A DNA stretch of 64,000 nt from Nitrospirales bacterium (GTDB lineage: Bacteria; Nitrospirota; Nitrospiria; Nitrospirales; UBA8639): assembly GCA_963422365.1 (NCBI GenBank), contig OY729426.1, forward strand, positions 1,824,001 through 1,888,000. Reading direction: 5' to 3'. A program made the translations under genes and the position numbers. Of the stretch, positions 11,166-20,931 are shown one piece after another. The notes under the pieces were generated by a model that saw nothing but the letters and a program-made list of their open reading frames with translations, ran no database searches and was not told the origin of the DNA. Every line of letters starts with the position of its first letter. Position 1 is the stretch's first letter.

Positions 11166-12035
11166 CTAGATGGGAAGGGCCTGTTGTGCGACATCGTCGA
11201 GCCGTGTTTTGGCGTGTGCCACGTATTCTTCGTTCAGTTCGATAAGAACCGCCTTGCGATTCAGTTCGGCGGCCACCAGGCCGGTCGTGCCGGAACCGGA
11301 AAACGGGTCAAGAACCACATCTCGGGGACGACTGCCCAAGAGGATGCAACGCCTTGCCAATGCTTTCGGAAAAACGGCGGGATGGGGGGTGCCACTGGAA
11401 TCGGGTCCCAATAGCCAATAATTCTTGAGATTTGCGCCGGTTTCTTCGCGGACGGCTTGATTGTCGTAATAGTAATGTGAAGTCTTCGAGAACAGGAACA
11501 CCTCCTCTGTCGCGCTCGAGGGACGATTTCTGACGCTTTCCGGCATAGGGGCTTTTTTCACCCACGTTATCTTCGAACGCAGCAACCACCCATCTGCTTG
11601 CAGCGCAAACGCCACTCGCCACGGCAACCCCATCAGATCGCGGTCTTTCAGTCCCCAACAATCGGGTACCGTACAGTTGCGCCTTTGAATCAGTTTCTTC
11701 GTGTTACCGACCTGAGCATTGGGACCGCAATGCCCTGTTCCGCCGTTGCGAGCGTATCCGTCGCCGACGTTCAGCCAAAACGTGCCGTCATCAGCCAACA
11801 CTCTTCGAATTTCGCGAAAAATCCCCACAAGGTTTTCCACGTAGTCTTCAGGAGAGCATTCAGCACCTATCTGCGCTGAATGTTCGTAGTCTCGCAAACC
11901 CCAATAGGGCGGTGAAGTCACACAACATTGAACCGACCGTGTGCCAAGTTGTGGGAGAATGTCTCGACTGTCGCCCAGCAGTATTTCCACGTCACCGTAT
12001 TCGGGTTCCTTTTGTGTCATGCCACTTTTCGTCAT
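11166..12035 (-). CDS. Site-specific DNA amino-methyltransferase, beta class (probably N4-cytosine)
   Basis: Catalytic TSPPY precedes HPAVFP and SAM-binding VLDPFSGSGTTG; start uncertain (12035 or 12020). Confidence 0.88.
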   Translation of the reverse strand: MTKSGMTQKEPEYGDVEILLGDSRDILPQLGTRSVQCCVTSPPYWGLRDYEHSAQIGAECSPEDYVENLVGIFREIRRVLADDGTFWLNVGDGYARNGGTGHCGPNAQVGNTKKLIQRRNCTVPDCWGLKDRDLMGLPWRVAFALQADGWLLRSKITWVKKAPMPESVRNRPSSATEEVFLFSKTSHYYYDNQAVREETGANLKNYWLLGPDSSGTPHPAVFPKALARRCILLGSRPRDVVLDPFSGSGTTGLVAAELNRKAVLIELNEEYVAHAKTRLDDVAQQALPI

Positions 12036-12105
12036 GATCAGAAAGATGTTCCAAATCACAATCTCCATTCCATCGACAACCACATGATTGGTGAGAATTT
12101 AGGGC

Positions 12106-13116
12106 TCAGGCGTTGAGCACGTTCACGACGATGCTGTGCAGGCCCGTGGCACCGTTGGGTTGGGGACGAGTGATTGTTGAGGTTTGCACGGTGCCGTTGG
12201 TATCAACGGCACGAACGGAGATCATGCTCGTGCCTTCCGGCATATCGGGCCGTTGATAGTTCCAGACTACCCAGGACCAGGGAGAGTCGGGCGGTTCAAG
12301 GGCTGCCTCGACCCAAGTGTTCTCCTGATCAAAACTCAGTTGCACGTGAGCAATGGAGTGGGGACCGCCGAATGCAATGCCGCGGAACTGAACGTTGGGT
12401 CCATGGACGTCTTGATAATGTCCGGGACTATCGATTCGGGAAAAAATATGGATCGTCCCCTCGTCGGTCCATCCTTTACGTTGCCAGTAGCCTTGATAGT
12501 CGCCGTTATACACCTCAATTTCCGTAATCCATTTAACGTTTTTAATGCCGTACAGTCCCGGCACGATCAGCCGTACTGGAAATCCATGGGCCTTCGGGAG
12601 CTTTTCCCCGTTCATAAGATAGGCCAACATCACCTCATCATGCATGGCTCGTTCAAAGGGAATACTGTCATGATAGGCATCGGCTCCTCGAACAATGACG
12701 TCCCGTGCAGTTTCAGAATCGGCACCGGCTTCGATGAGCAATTCTTTCAGAGAAATCCCTCGCCAAATCGCATTGCCCAGACTCGTTCCTCCTGGCAGGG
12801 TATCGATACATATGAGGGTGGAAACCTGATCGAATGGTTGACGATTCAGGAGGTCCCGCCATTTGAGCACCATGGGGTTGGCGACGGCGCCTTTCACTAC
12901 CATTTGCCATTGCTCTTGGTCAAGATCGCGGGTGAAGTTATACGGAGAGTCCATATAATTGACGGTATAAAATTTATCATTAGGCGTGAAATACAGTGTT
13001 TCACGGGGGGGGATGGCAAACATACTGCCAAGGTCGCACCCGCTGGTGAGGCTTGTGAGGCCTGCCAAGGTGCCTAGGCCGCCCAGTTGAAACAATGTAC
13101 GACGGGTGATGTCCAT
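12106..13116 (-). CDS. Sulfite oxidase family molybdopterin oxidoreductase, predicted Tat-exported lipoprotein
   Basis: TRRTLF twin-arginine motif, LTSGC lipobox, Mo-ligand Cys (LICID), HGFPVRLIVPGLYGIKNVKW, C-terminal Ig-like dimerisation domain. Confidence 0.88.
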   Translation of the reverse strand: MDITRRTLFQLGGLGTLAGLTSLTSGCDLGSMFAIPPRETLYFTPNDKFYTVNYMDSPYNFTRDLDQEQWQMVVKGAVANPMVLKWRDLLNRQPFDQVSTLICIDTLPGGTSLGNAIWRGISLKELLIEAGADSETARDVIVRGADAYHDSIPFERAMHDEVMLAYLMNGEKLPKAHGFPVRLIVPGLYGIKNVKWITEIEVYNGDYQGYWQRKGWTDEGTIHIFSRIDSPGHYQDVHGPNVQFRGIAFGGPHSIAHVQLSFDQENTWVEAALEPPDSPWSWVVWNYQRPDMPEGTSMISVRAVDTNGTVQTSTITRPQPNGATGLHSIVVNVLNA

Positions 13117-13164
13117 GAGTTTAGGGTGTGGGGTCTATATGCGAGATTGTCAACTTTTGTCTCT

Positions 13165-13193
13165 ACTATAGTCCAGTCTTGAGCCCGCTGCAA
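13165..13193 (-). promoter_or_regulatory. Putative sigma70 promoter of the molybdoenzyme gene
   Basis: TTGCAG-N17-TATAGT on the minus strand about 50 bp upstream of the ATG. Confidence 0.45.
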
Positions 13194-13227
13194 GAGACGG
13201 AGAGCGGAAGCTTGTTCTCTGTAAACC

Positions 13228-13419
13228 AGATCCGTTTCTTCGCTCAGGACAAGCGCCTGTGGCTCAGGATGACCCGAAATTAATATGTAGGGTCACATCT
13301 CATGCGGCCCGGGGAAGGCGCGATAAGATCCGCCACTACAAGATAGCCCAGAAGAAGTCGCCCTACAAGAACCTTCGCTCAGGATGACCACGGGAACATG
13401 ACGGTCATTCCGAGCGAAG
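13228..13419. repeat. Cluster of REP-like palindromic repeats
   Basis: Three GCTCAGGA(T/C) units, hairpin CTTCGCTCAGGATGAC...GTCATTCCGAGCGAAG (13373-13419), and GTAG-type unit TGTAGGGTCACATCTCATGCGGCCC (13286-13310) with CTACA partners. Confidence 0.7.
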
Positions 13420-13431
13420 ATGATACGCGAC

Positions 13432-14472
13432 TCATGAACGCTGTTGAGTGCGGGCTAACGGAACGGGTTCCCAGAACCGGCCGCCGTTTTTCGTTCGAAA
13501 GAGACCATCTCGATTGGTTCCAACGTACAAGGTCGAAGGATCCATCGGACTTATGACCAAGGCTCGAATGTTGAGATTGGTCAGCCCCTCATTGATCGCG
13601 TCCCAGGTTCGGCCACTGTCTCGGCTTTTATGGACTCCAGCTCGACTGGCTACGAAGACGACTCCAGGGGTCATCGGGTCGAGAATGAGGTCACTGAAAA
13701 ATTGGTCGGGCAGGGTTTCACCGATACGTTGCCAGGACTCTCCGCTGTTGGTTGTTTTATAGAGTCCTTTCAACGTGGCTGTATACACGGTGCGGGGAGC
13801 ATGCCGGTCAATCTTGATTTTGACTACGCCGAGTGCGCGAGAAGATTGTAACACGTCGGGTGGCACTAGCCCGTTGTTGACTTTTGTCCAGGTTGTGGCT
13901 CCATCGAGAGATCGATAGACTCCCCCGCTGGTGCCGGCATACAGGGTTTGCGGTTGGTTGGGGTCAACGTCGATGGCAACGACCATGAGGACTTCAATCA
14001 TGCCGTCCATACGCTTGGCCCAGGTTTCTCCGGCATTTTCCGTTTCGAATACCCCCATCGACGTTGCGGCAAAGATATGGTGGCTCGATCCTGGAACGAA
14101 TCTGATTTCGTGGACGACTGAAGTCATGGTCACCCCTTCCAAGCCCTTGCGTTGCGATAGCCACTGGTGGCCGCCATTAAAGCTTTTAAAGATCGCATCG
14201 CCTTTTGTTCCGGCGTACACGTTGGCGGGAAGCAGAGGATCAACGGCAAGCGAAATCACGCGCGAATGGGTCATGCCTTTTGATACGTTTTTCCATGTGC
14301 TGCCGAAGTCGCGTGTTTTAAAAATATAATCGTTGGTCGCGAGGTAGAAAATGTGTGGTTTGGCAGGATGGAGGGCAATTTCAACAACGGCTTCCCCAAT
14401 GTTTCCGCAACCGGTGAAAACCAGGGCTACGCCAAGCCACATGAATCGGCGCAAACGAAGAGCAACTCTCAT
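13432..14472 (-). CDS. BNR/Asp-box repeat beta-propeller lipoprotein (VPS10/Ycf48-like)
   Basis: Lipobox FTGC; repeated (K/R)(S/T)x(D/N)xGxxW Asp-boxes. Confidence 0.8.
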   Translation of the reverse strand: MRVALRLRRFMWLGVALVFTGCGNIGEAVVEIALHPAKPHIFYLATNDYIFKTRDFGSTWKNVSKGMTHSRVISLAVDPLLPANVYAGTKGDAIFKSFNGGHQWLSQRKGLEGVTMTSVVHEIRFVPGSSHHIFAATSMGVFETENAGETWAKRMDGMIEVLMVVAIDVDPNQPQTLYAGTSGGVYRSLDGATTWTKVNNGLVPPDVLQSSRALGVVKIKIDRHAPRTVYTATLKGLYKTTNSGESWQRIGETLPDQFFSDLILDPMTPGVVFVASRAGVHKSRDSGRTWDAINEGLTNLNIRALVISPMDPSTLYVGTNRDGLFRTKNGGRFWEPVPLARTQQRS

Positions 14473-14493
14473 CTGATGAATGAAGACTTCACC

Positions 14494-15356
14494 CTATTTT
14501 GTCGATGGAGGGGGAGCGATCTGGGGTAATGCAGAACCAGGAGTTTTCTGTGACCGTTCATAGATGGCCATGGCTTCAGGCATCCATTGCTGAAGGTCTT
14601 GAATGCGCGTGTCGTGTGAGGGATGCGTTGACAGAAATTCAGGAGGGCTGCCTTTCGAAGATTCTGCCATGCGTTGCCAGAGAAAAGCACGGCTTTTCCA
14701 GGGTGGTACCCTGCCTCAGCAGCCAGGCGTAAACCGATATAGTCCGTATCTGATTCATGGCTTCGACTAAAAGGGAATAAGACGCCGACCCCTAACGTTT
14801 GCATCGTCAGTGACTGGCTGACGTCCTCCATGTTCAGGGCCATGAAGGTGAGTCGCATCCCCAGACCAACTGCCGCATGCCGGCTTACTCGTTCGGAGCC
14901 ATGTCGAGCTAAGGCATGAACGACTTCATGCCCAGGTATAGCCGCCAAACCGTTTTCGTTTTGCGCCTCTAAAAAAATGCCCGTGTAGACCGCGATTTTA
15001 CCGCTTGGAAGGGCTCAGGCATTTTTTGTCTCATCATCTTTGATCACCGTGACTTTCCATTGAAATGACTTCGCGCGTTCGGCGTATTTGGATCTTTGGG
15101 CCGCTGTAATAATCCGTTCGGCCACACGTTTCAGGGGATCCACTTCGGCTGGGTTCTTGGAGATGACGACTTCAGGATCCTTGAGAAACTCAGCGTAGAC
15201 TTGATTGCCCATGTGGACTTCTTGGCTTTCAGGGATAAGCACAAATTGGGATTGGTTCGTGTAGGGGTTACTCGTACACCCCGCGATATTGATGAGGAGG
15301 AGACAAGAGAGGATAAGCGTTTGGATCGAATTTTGGATCACATTTCGGAAGTGCAT
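14494..15356 (-). pseudogene. M48 family zinc metallopeptidase lipoprotein, disrupted
   Basis: Lipobox IAGC; NA*ALPSGKIAVYTG with in-frame TGA at 15015-15017; HEVVH intact; frameshift near 14685 restores FWQRM...PEFLSTHPSHDTRI to TAG 14494. Confidence 0.85.
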
Positions 15357-15406
15357 CAGTGCCTCATGCCGAAACCGGATTCCTCAATTTGTGATTGATT
15401 CTACCA

Positions 15407-16888
15407 TTAGTACGATTTGGGTATGGCAATGCTGAGTTCCGTGATAGTAGGGTACCGTGCCAAGGCAGGTGCCGTACCCTGTCGAGGCCCCATGACCAGG
15501 ATCACAAACTGATCCGGTTTAATGTGCCTGCGAGCCGCTTCCCGAACGCGTGGCCCGGTTGCTTGTTCGATGCCTGTTCTGAATCTGACAAGCCAATCAG
15601 CAGGATACCCGAAATATTCATAGGTGAGAAATTTCCCAAGGACCTTCCTGGGAGAATCGACTGAAAAGACAAAAGAATTCAGCAGACTGGCCTTGGCCTT
15701 GTTGATTTCCTCTTCGGTTGGAGGTTCCGTTTCCATGATTTTACGGGCTTCGTCCAGTAAGGCGTCAATGCCCGCTTGCGTGGTGTCCGTTTTCGTGGAC
15801 ATTGAAAAATTAGCGGTTGCCGGATAGTCCCACCCAAATCCGATCCCACCATGTACGTCATAGGCCAACCCTTTTTGAGAACGAATACTGGAAAAGAGCC
15901 GAGCACCGAAAGAGCCGGATATGATTTGATTGATAATGACCACAGGATGGTAGTCCGGATGTTTTCGCGTGAGTCCCAAATGTCCAATGATGATCTTGGC
16001 TTGGGTCATGTCGGTTTTTTCAATGTAATAGACGCTTCTCGTCGTGGAGTTTTGGTACGGGACAATCGGATCGTCAAACTTTTTCCCTTGTGGCCACGTC
16101 CCCAACACCTGTTTCACCAAGTGTAAGGCTTTCTCCGTTTGAAAATCTCCAACTAGGCCTAAGATGGTACGATTGGGGACAAAATATTTCGCATGCCAAC
16201 CGATAAGATCTTGTCGGGAAATATTGTTGACGGTGGCATAGGACTCGACCCGAGCATAGGGTGAATCCTTTCCATACACCAACTTCGCAAATTCTCGAGA
16301 GAGAATGCTATCGGGATCGTCATTTTGTCTGGCAATACCTGCTATGACTTGGTTTTTGGCGATGGCCAGTTTCCCTTGATCAAATCGTGGATTTCGCAGG
16401 ACGTCACCGAATACGGTAAAGACCTCGGAAAAGTCTTTGCTCAAACACATCATCGAAGCAGAACCCGCTGTTATTCCAATACCGGTTTCAATAGAAGCAG
16501 CCTGTCCTTCGAGGTAATCATCGAGTTGGTCTCCAGCGAGCTTGGCTGTGCCTCCGCTTCTCATGACCGTCCCAGTGAGAGAGGCGACTCCCACCTTCTT
16601 GGCTGGTTCCAGGCGTGATCCGGTTCGGATGCGTGCCGAAACATGAATGGTCGGGAGTTCGTGATCTTCCAAGAGCAGCACCACCATGCCGTTGTCCAAC
16701 ACGACTCGAGTCGGCTGGGGAACGTGAATGTCCGGGAGAGGGGGGTATTGCAGTTTCTCAACCGTATCAACCTGACCGAACACTTGCGTGGTCAGCGAGA
16801 GAACCATCACGGTACATGCGATCAACAATGGCACGCCATGTCGTGGCCTATGGGTCAGCCTGAGATATCGTAACGTGTCTTCTCTCAC
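15407..16888 (-). CDS. M16 (pitrilysin) family peptidase, non-catalytic subunit
   Basis: LDNGMVV, M16 fold motifs, RSQKGLAY; no HxxEH; start set at GTG 16888 next to the upstream stop. Confidence 0.85.
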   Translation of the reverse strand: MREDTLRYLRLTHRPRHGVPLLIACTVMVLSLTTQVFGQVDTVEKLQYPPLPDIHVPQPTRVVLDNGMVVLLLEDHELPTIHVSARIRTGSRLEPAKKVGVASLTGTVMRSGGTAKLAGDQLDDYLEGQAASIETGIGITAGSASMMCLSKDFSEVFTVFGDVLRNPRFDQGKLAIAKNQVIAGIARQNDDPDSILSREFAKLVYGKDSPYARVESYATVNNISRQDLIGWHAKYFVPNRTILGLVGDFQTEKALHLVKQVLGTWPQGKKFDDPIVPYQNSTTRSVYYIEKTDMTQAKIIIGHLGLTRKHPDYHPVVIINQIISGSFGARLFSSIRSQKGLAYDVHGGIGFGWDYPATANFSMSTKTDTTQAGIDALLDEARKIMETEPPTEEEINKAKASLLNSFVFSVDSPRKVLGKFLTYEYFGYPADWLVRFRTGIEQATGPRVREAARRHIKPDQFVILVMGPRQGTAPALARYPTITELSIAIPKSY

Positions 16889-16889
16889 G

Positions 16890-18446
16890 TCATGGTCCTT
16901 CTTGGCGCATCGTTGGTATGGGTGTAGCAGACGGGGGCACGGTTTCGATTTGTGCCACGACTCGATTGGATGCAATAAACGTTTGCCGGGCGACCCGCCG
17001 GATATCCGCTTTCGTGACTCGGTCAACGCGTTGAATATAGCGAAACAGTTCGCGCCAATCACCAAAGAGGGTATGGGAGTCCGTTAGTCTCATGGCCAAT
17101 CCCAGGTTGCTTTTCAAGGAATAGATGAGGCCGGCTTTAGCCTTCGTCCGGAATTTGGCTAATTCTTCGTCCGTGACATCTTCGATTGTCATGCGATGTA
17201 ACTCTTCACGAAGAGCGTGCTGAATGGTTTCGTTGGAGATCGTGCGTGCCGGGACGGCATAGGCTACCCACAGGTGCGGATATTTCTCTCCCGGGTACGC
17301 CGCATAGGCACCGGCGTCGACCGCGATTTGTTTGTCCCGAACTAATGAACGATAAAAACGGGAGGTCCGTCCATTCGTTAAAATATCATTGATCGCGTCG
17401 AAAACCGGTTGATCGGGATGTGTGGCTGCAGGTTTATGATAGCCTTCCAGGTAAAATGGTTGAGACGGATCGTTCAGCGTCACCACTTTTTCTGCGATTG
17501 ACGGTGGTTCCACGGTTCTCAATGGCGAAGGGTTTGGTCTACTAGGGATCCGACCAAAATATGTTTCGAGAAGCGGGATAAGGGTATCCGGGTGAATGTC
17601 TCCAACAATCGCCGTGACCATATTGGACGGGACATAATAGGTTTCAAAAAACTGTTCGGCATCGGTCATGGTATAGGATTGAATGTCGCTGGCATAGCCA
17701 ATCACCGGATGGTGATAGGGATGAGCCGTAAAGGCCGTGGCCACAAATTGTTCCAGGAGACGGCCAATGGGGCGGCTTTCCGTGCGCAGGCGTCTTTCTT
17801 CCATGACGACGTCTCGTTCTTCGTAGAATTCCCGGAAGACGGGGTGCAAGAACCTTTCCGATTCCAAGAAACAAAAAAGCTCAATTTTGTTGGCTGGGAG
17901 GGCATAAAAATATCCCGTCACATCGGCACTGGTAAACGCGTTTAATGCCACCCCACCCTCTCGTTCCACGATGTCCCCGAATTCGTTTTTCTTTACAAAC
18001 TTCGCAGCGGCTTGTTGCTTGCTTTTATAGACGGTCGATAAGTGTTCGATGTATTGAGCATCGGACGTGGAACCTAACTTGGCGTCCTGATAAGCCAGAT
18101 AAGCCCGTTCCAATTCCTCCAAGGCTTTTTTCTCTTCGGTGTAGTTCTTGGTGCCGAGGCGAGGCGTGCCTTTAAAGGCCATATGTTCAAACATATGTGC
18201 AAGCCCGGTCATTCCCGCGTCTTCTTGTGCCGACCCCACGTTCACAGCCGTCATGAAAGCAAAAACCGGAGCCACGGGTCGCTCTATGAGAATAAAAGTC
18301 CAGCCATTTTTTACGGTGTATTCCGTGACTCTTTGCTCGAATGACGCAAGGTCTATTCCTCGAGAAGTGGAAGGAAAACAGAAAATACAGATAAGAAGAA
18401 GGATGACAAGAAGCTGTGGTTTTCGCTGTAGGGCAATCGAGATCAT
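16890..18446 (-). CDS. M16 family zinc peptidase, catalytic subunit, exported
   Basis: GLAHMFEHMAFKGT, NAFTS, VVMEERR; N-terminal signal peptide. Confidence 0.92.
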   Translation of the reverse strand: MISIALQRKPQLLVILLLICIFCFPSTSRGIDLASFEQRVTEYTVKNGWTFILIERPVAPVFAFMTAVNVGSAQEDAGMTGLAHMFEHMAFKGTPRLGTKNYTEEKKALEELERAYLAYQDAKLGSTSDAQYIEHLSTVYKSKQQAAAKFVKKNEFGDIVEREGGVALNAFTSADVTGYFYALPANKIELFCFLESERFLHPVFREFYEERDVVMEERRLRTESRPIGRLLEQFVATAFTAHPYHHPVIGYASDIQSYTMTDAEQFFETYYVPSNMVTAIVGDIHPDTLIPLLETYFGRIPSRPNPSPLRTVEPPSIAEKVVTLNDPSQPFYLEGYHKPAATHPDQPVFDAINDILTNGRTSRFYRSLVRDKQIAVDAGAYAAYPGEKYPHLWVAYAVPARTISNETIQHALREELHRMTIEDVTDEELAKFRTKAKAGLIYSLKSNLGLAMRLTDSHTLFGDWRELFRYIQRVDRVTKADIRRVARQTFIASNRVVAQIETVPPSATPIPTMRQEGP

Positions 18447-18560
18447 GGGCAGGTTTGCAAAATGGTTCTTTATGGTATCCTACCCAGTTCAATTGTGCCT
18501 TGCAAGCAAACGGGAAAGCGGGTCGGTATGGTGCTCAACGATCAGGCAGGAGGAAAGCGA

Positions 18561-19127
18561 TTACGGGCGTTGTGGGGCGTATAGGCTTGTACGCTCTGGA
18601 AGTCTCCTGAAGAAATAGGAGCCGCCATGGAGTCGCGGTGGAATGCTGAGGTCTTCTCCGACACGGAGATACCACCAGTCCCCCTCGGCTGTTAGAAAAT
18701 CTTCTGAGAGAAGGACTTCAAATTCTCCTTCGCGATCGTTTTCAGTTTGAATCCATTTCCCGGACCAGAGGCGTCCATCCAGTTTCGTTGTGGTAAACCT
18801 ACCCCCTTCATGGGTATACGGCCCATTGCCTTGGGCATCCAACATTGCGCGATAGGTTTTGTCCTCTTCTTGAATTTCCCAAGTTCCGCTCAGATCAGGG
18901 GCGTGTGTCTCCGTGGTATTTGAGGAGGAGTGAGAGGAAGCGGTCGGTGACGCCCATTCAATCGCTTGGCGATCTTCCCCTCTTGTCTGGGTATTGGTGA
19001 GTGGCGAATCTCTGGCTCGATGGTTGGTGAGAACAGGACGGCTTAGTGCAAAAACAAAGACACCATTCGTTAAAAGAAAACAGCTTGAAATCGTTGCCAA
19101 GGTCTGCAAAGACATGACTTCCATCAT
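18561..19127 (-). CDS. Hypothetical exported protein
   Basis: Hydrophobic N-terminus, low-complexity linker, beta-rich domain starting DLSGTWEI; start uncertain. Confidence 0.6.
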   Translation of the reverse strand: MMEVMSLQTLATISSCFLLTNGVFVFALSRPVLTNHRARDSPLTNTQTRGEDRQAIEWASPTASSHSSSNTTETHAPDLSGTWEIQEEDKTYRAMLDAQGNGPYTHEGGRFTTTKLDGRLWSGKWIQTENDREGEFEVLLSEDFLTAEGDWWYLRVGEDLSIPPRLHGGSYFFRRLPERTSLYAPQRP

Positions 19128-19314
19128 CCTAGAGAAGGAAAGCAGCAACACCATAGAGTAAAATGACGACGGAGTCAATTTTAGCCAACTCTTATGCGAG
19201 GGAGTCTCAGAACGTTCTGCAGGACAGGTGCCGTACCCTGGAGTGGGAATCCTGCACGCAACCCTAAAGTTGTCATCCTTGTATGGGTTCACTCATTTGT
19301 TGACCATTCCCGCC

Positions 19315-19375
19315 GGGGACAAGCGTCGGAGACAGCATCCTGAATAACGCACCCAGTCTGTCATCCTGAGCTAGG
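19315..19375. repeat. Degenerate REP-like repeat
   Basis: GGACAAGCG and TGTCATCCTGAGC match units at 13240-13275 and 13373-13388. Confidence 0.5.
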
Positions 19376-19524
19376 ATCCCAACGGGAACCACAAAAAACA
19401 TCAAAGCGAGTGACGTCACGACGTATTGATTGCTGATAGGACTCAGGACTTTTTTCGGAATTGAGCAAGAACGTGAAAGGCGATATTGTCGGTCAAGTTT
19501 TCCTCTCGTTGTCCAAGTTGACGG

Positions 19525-20193
19525 TTAGACCGGCCATTGTTCTTCACGCCAGGCCATATCCCAAAACATCCATTCATAGCGTGAGCTGGTCAGAAACGCT
19601 TCGCTCATACGTTTTTTTTCGGCCGTGCCAGCCCGTTTGGCTTCTTTATCAACCAATGTGCGCATCCATTGGGTGACTTCGGCAAATTCAGGCGATCCGT
19701 ATAACAACAACCAATTCCGATAGGGGTGTTTGGGTGATGGTGGGCCTTTTCGCAACAGATGTTGGCCCACGACACAATAGATCCATGCGCAGGGAAGGGC
19801 CACAACCGTGAGTTCCACCAGTGTGCCGGTTTGGGCCACGCTTCGCATGTGTCTGCAGTATGCGTAGTTTGTCGGAGAAAGAGGCGTGTTTCGCATGTCA
19901 GCGGCCGTGAGTTTCCATTGCTTGCCGTAGGTTTCGTGCAATCCGCGTTCGACAACAATGGTTTCTTCAGCAAGTTTGGCAAAGCGAAAGGTCGTATCAA
20001 GGTCTTGGGCTTTTTGTGCGCCCAAGGCGAATAGACGGGCGAGTTCCTCGAGATACCGGGCATCTTGCAAGATATAATACTGAAACTTGTGTTTGGGCAG
20101 GGTGCCCTTCCCCAAGGCGATCACAAAGGGATGCTTAAGTTGTGCATCCCAAATTGGCTTGGCCAACTTCTGCAGGTGCTTCGTAAAACTCAC
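19525..20193 (-). CDS. tenA: Thiaminase II / aminopyrimidine aminohydrolase
   Basis: HPFV..LG.GTL, YILQDA.YL, catalytic LPCAWIY, YEWMFWDMAW. Confidence 0.93.
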   Translation of the reverse strand: MSFTKHLQKLAKPIWDAQLKHPFVIALGKGTLPKHKFQYYILQDARYLEELARLFALGAQKAQDLDTTFRFAKLAEETIVVERGLHETYGKQWKLTAADMRNTPLSPTNYAYCRHMRSVAQTGTLVELTVVALPCAWIYCVVGQHLLRKGPPSPKHPYRNWLLLYGSPEFAEVTQWMRTLVDKEAKRAGTAEKKRMSEAFLTSSRYEWMFWDMAWREEQWPV

Positions 20194-20199
20194 AGTGCC

Positions 20200-20864
20200 T
20201 CAAGATTGTGAGAGTCTGGCTCGTGCTGCAGTGAAAGCCGCCTCCATGTCCGGCATGTTCGCAAGGTTGGGGGTAATCTGCAGAGAGCGGATAATATTGT
20301 TTTTATCCACCACCATCACCGCACGGGTGAGTAAATGAGGGCCGTCTAATAAAAGGCTATGGGTGCGGCCGAAGTCTCCGCCACGGTAGGCAGACAAAAA
20401 CGTCACGTTGTTGATCTTCGCTTCCGCGGCAAAGCATCCCTGAGCGAATGGGGTATCGACGCTGATGGTATAGAGATAGACCTTCGCATCGAGACCATTG
20501 TTCTTTTCACTGAGGTACTGGGTTTGCTGCTCGGATACTTTCGTATCAAGAGAGGGGACCACACTGATGATGTGCGCGTTGACTGTTGTCTCGGTAAGGT
20601 CCTGGAGTGATAAACCCCTTTGGCTACCTGCATGGAACGAAGTGTTTTTCCTCCTTGGGAAATCCCCTGTCCAGCCAAAGCGAGGGATGAATCTCGAAAG
20701 GCAATGGTCGAGCCTGCACCGGCAGTGGCTGGGCCTTTGGCTACAGGAATGGATTGATAGGAGAACCCTGAATCCTCCTGGGTGTTGAATGAAGGAGATC
20801 CACTGAGCTCTAGTCCAACAAGAAGGCTAGGGAGAATGAGAGGGTATCGTATGAAACTTCCCAT
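20200..20864 (-). pseudogene. tpx: Thiol peroxidase (Tpx-like), disrupted
   Basis: VPSLDTKVS, ISVDTPFAQ, RAVMVVD motifs; N-terminal part is in another frame (shift near 20615); Ser at the peroxidatic Cys position. Confidence 0.75.
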
Positions 20865-20931
20865 GATGAGTGAGACTGCCCTGCTATTTGGTACGATCGA
20901 CTTGGGAATAGGGGAATCGTTGATTAGAAAA

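Noticed and set aside
12184..13077. 297-aa plus-strand ORF
   Set aside because: Antisense shadow of the molybdoenzyme gene with no recognisable motifs.
13228..13419. CRISPR array
   Set aside because: Repeats are short, degenerate, irregularly spaced and partly inverted; no cas genes.
16889..17065. N-terminal extension of the second M16 ORF
   Set aside because: Overlaps the upstream peptidase gene; a start at 16888 gives a signal-like N-terminus.
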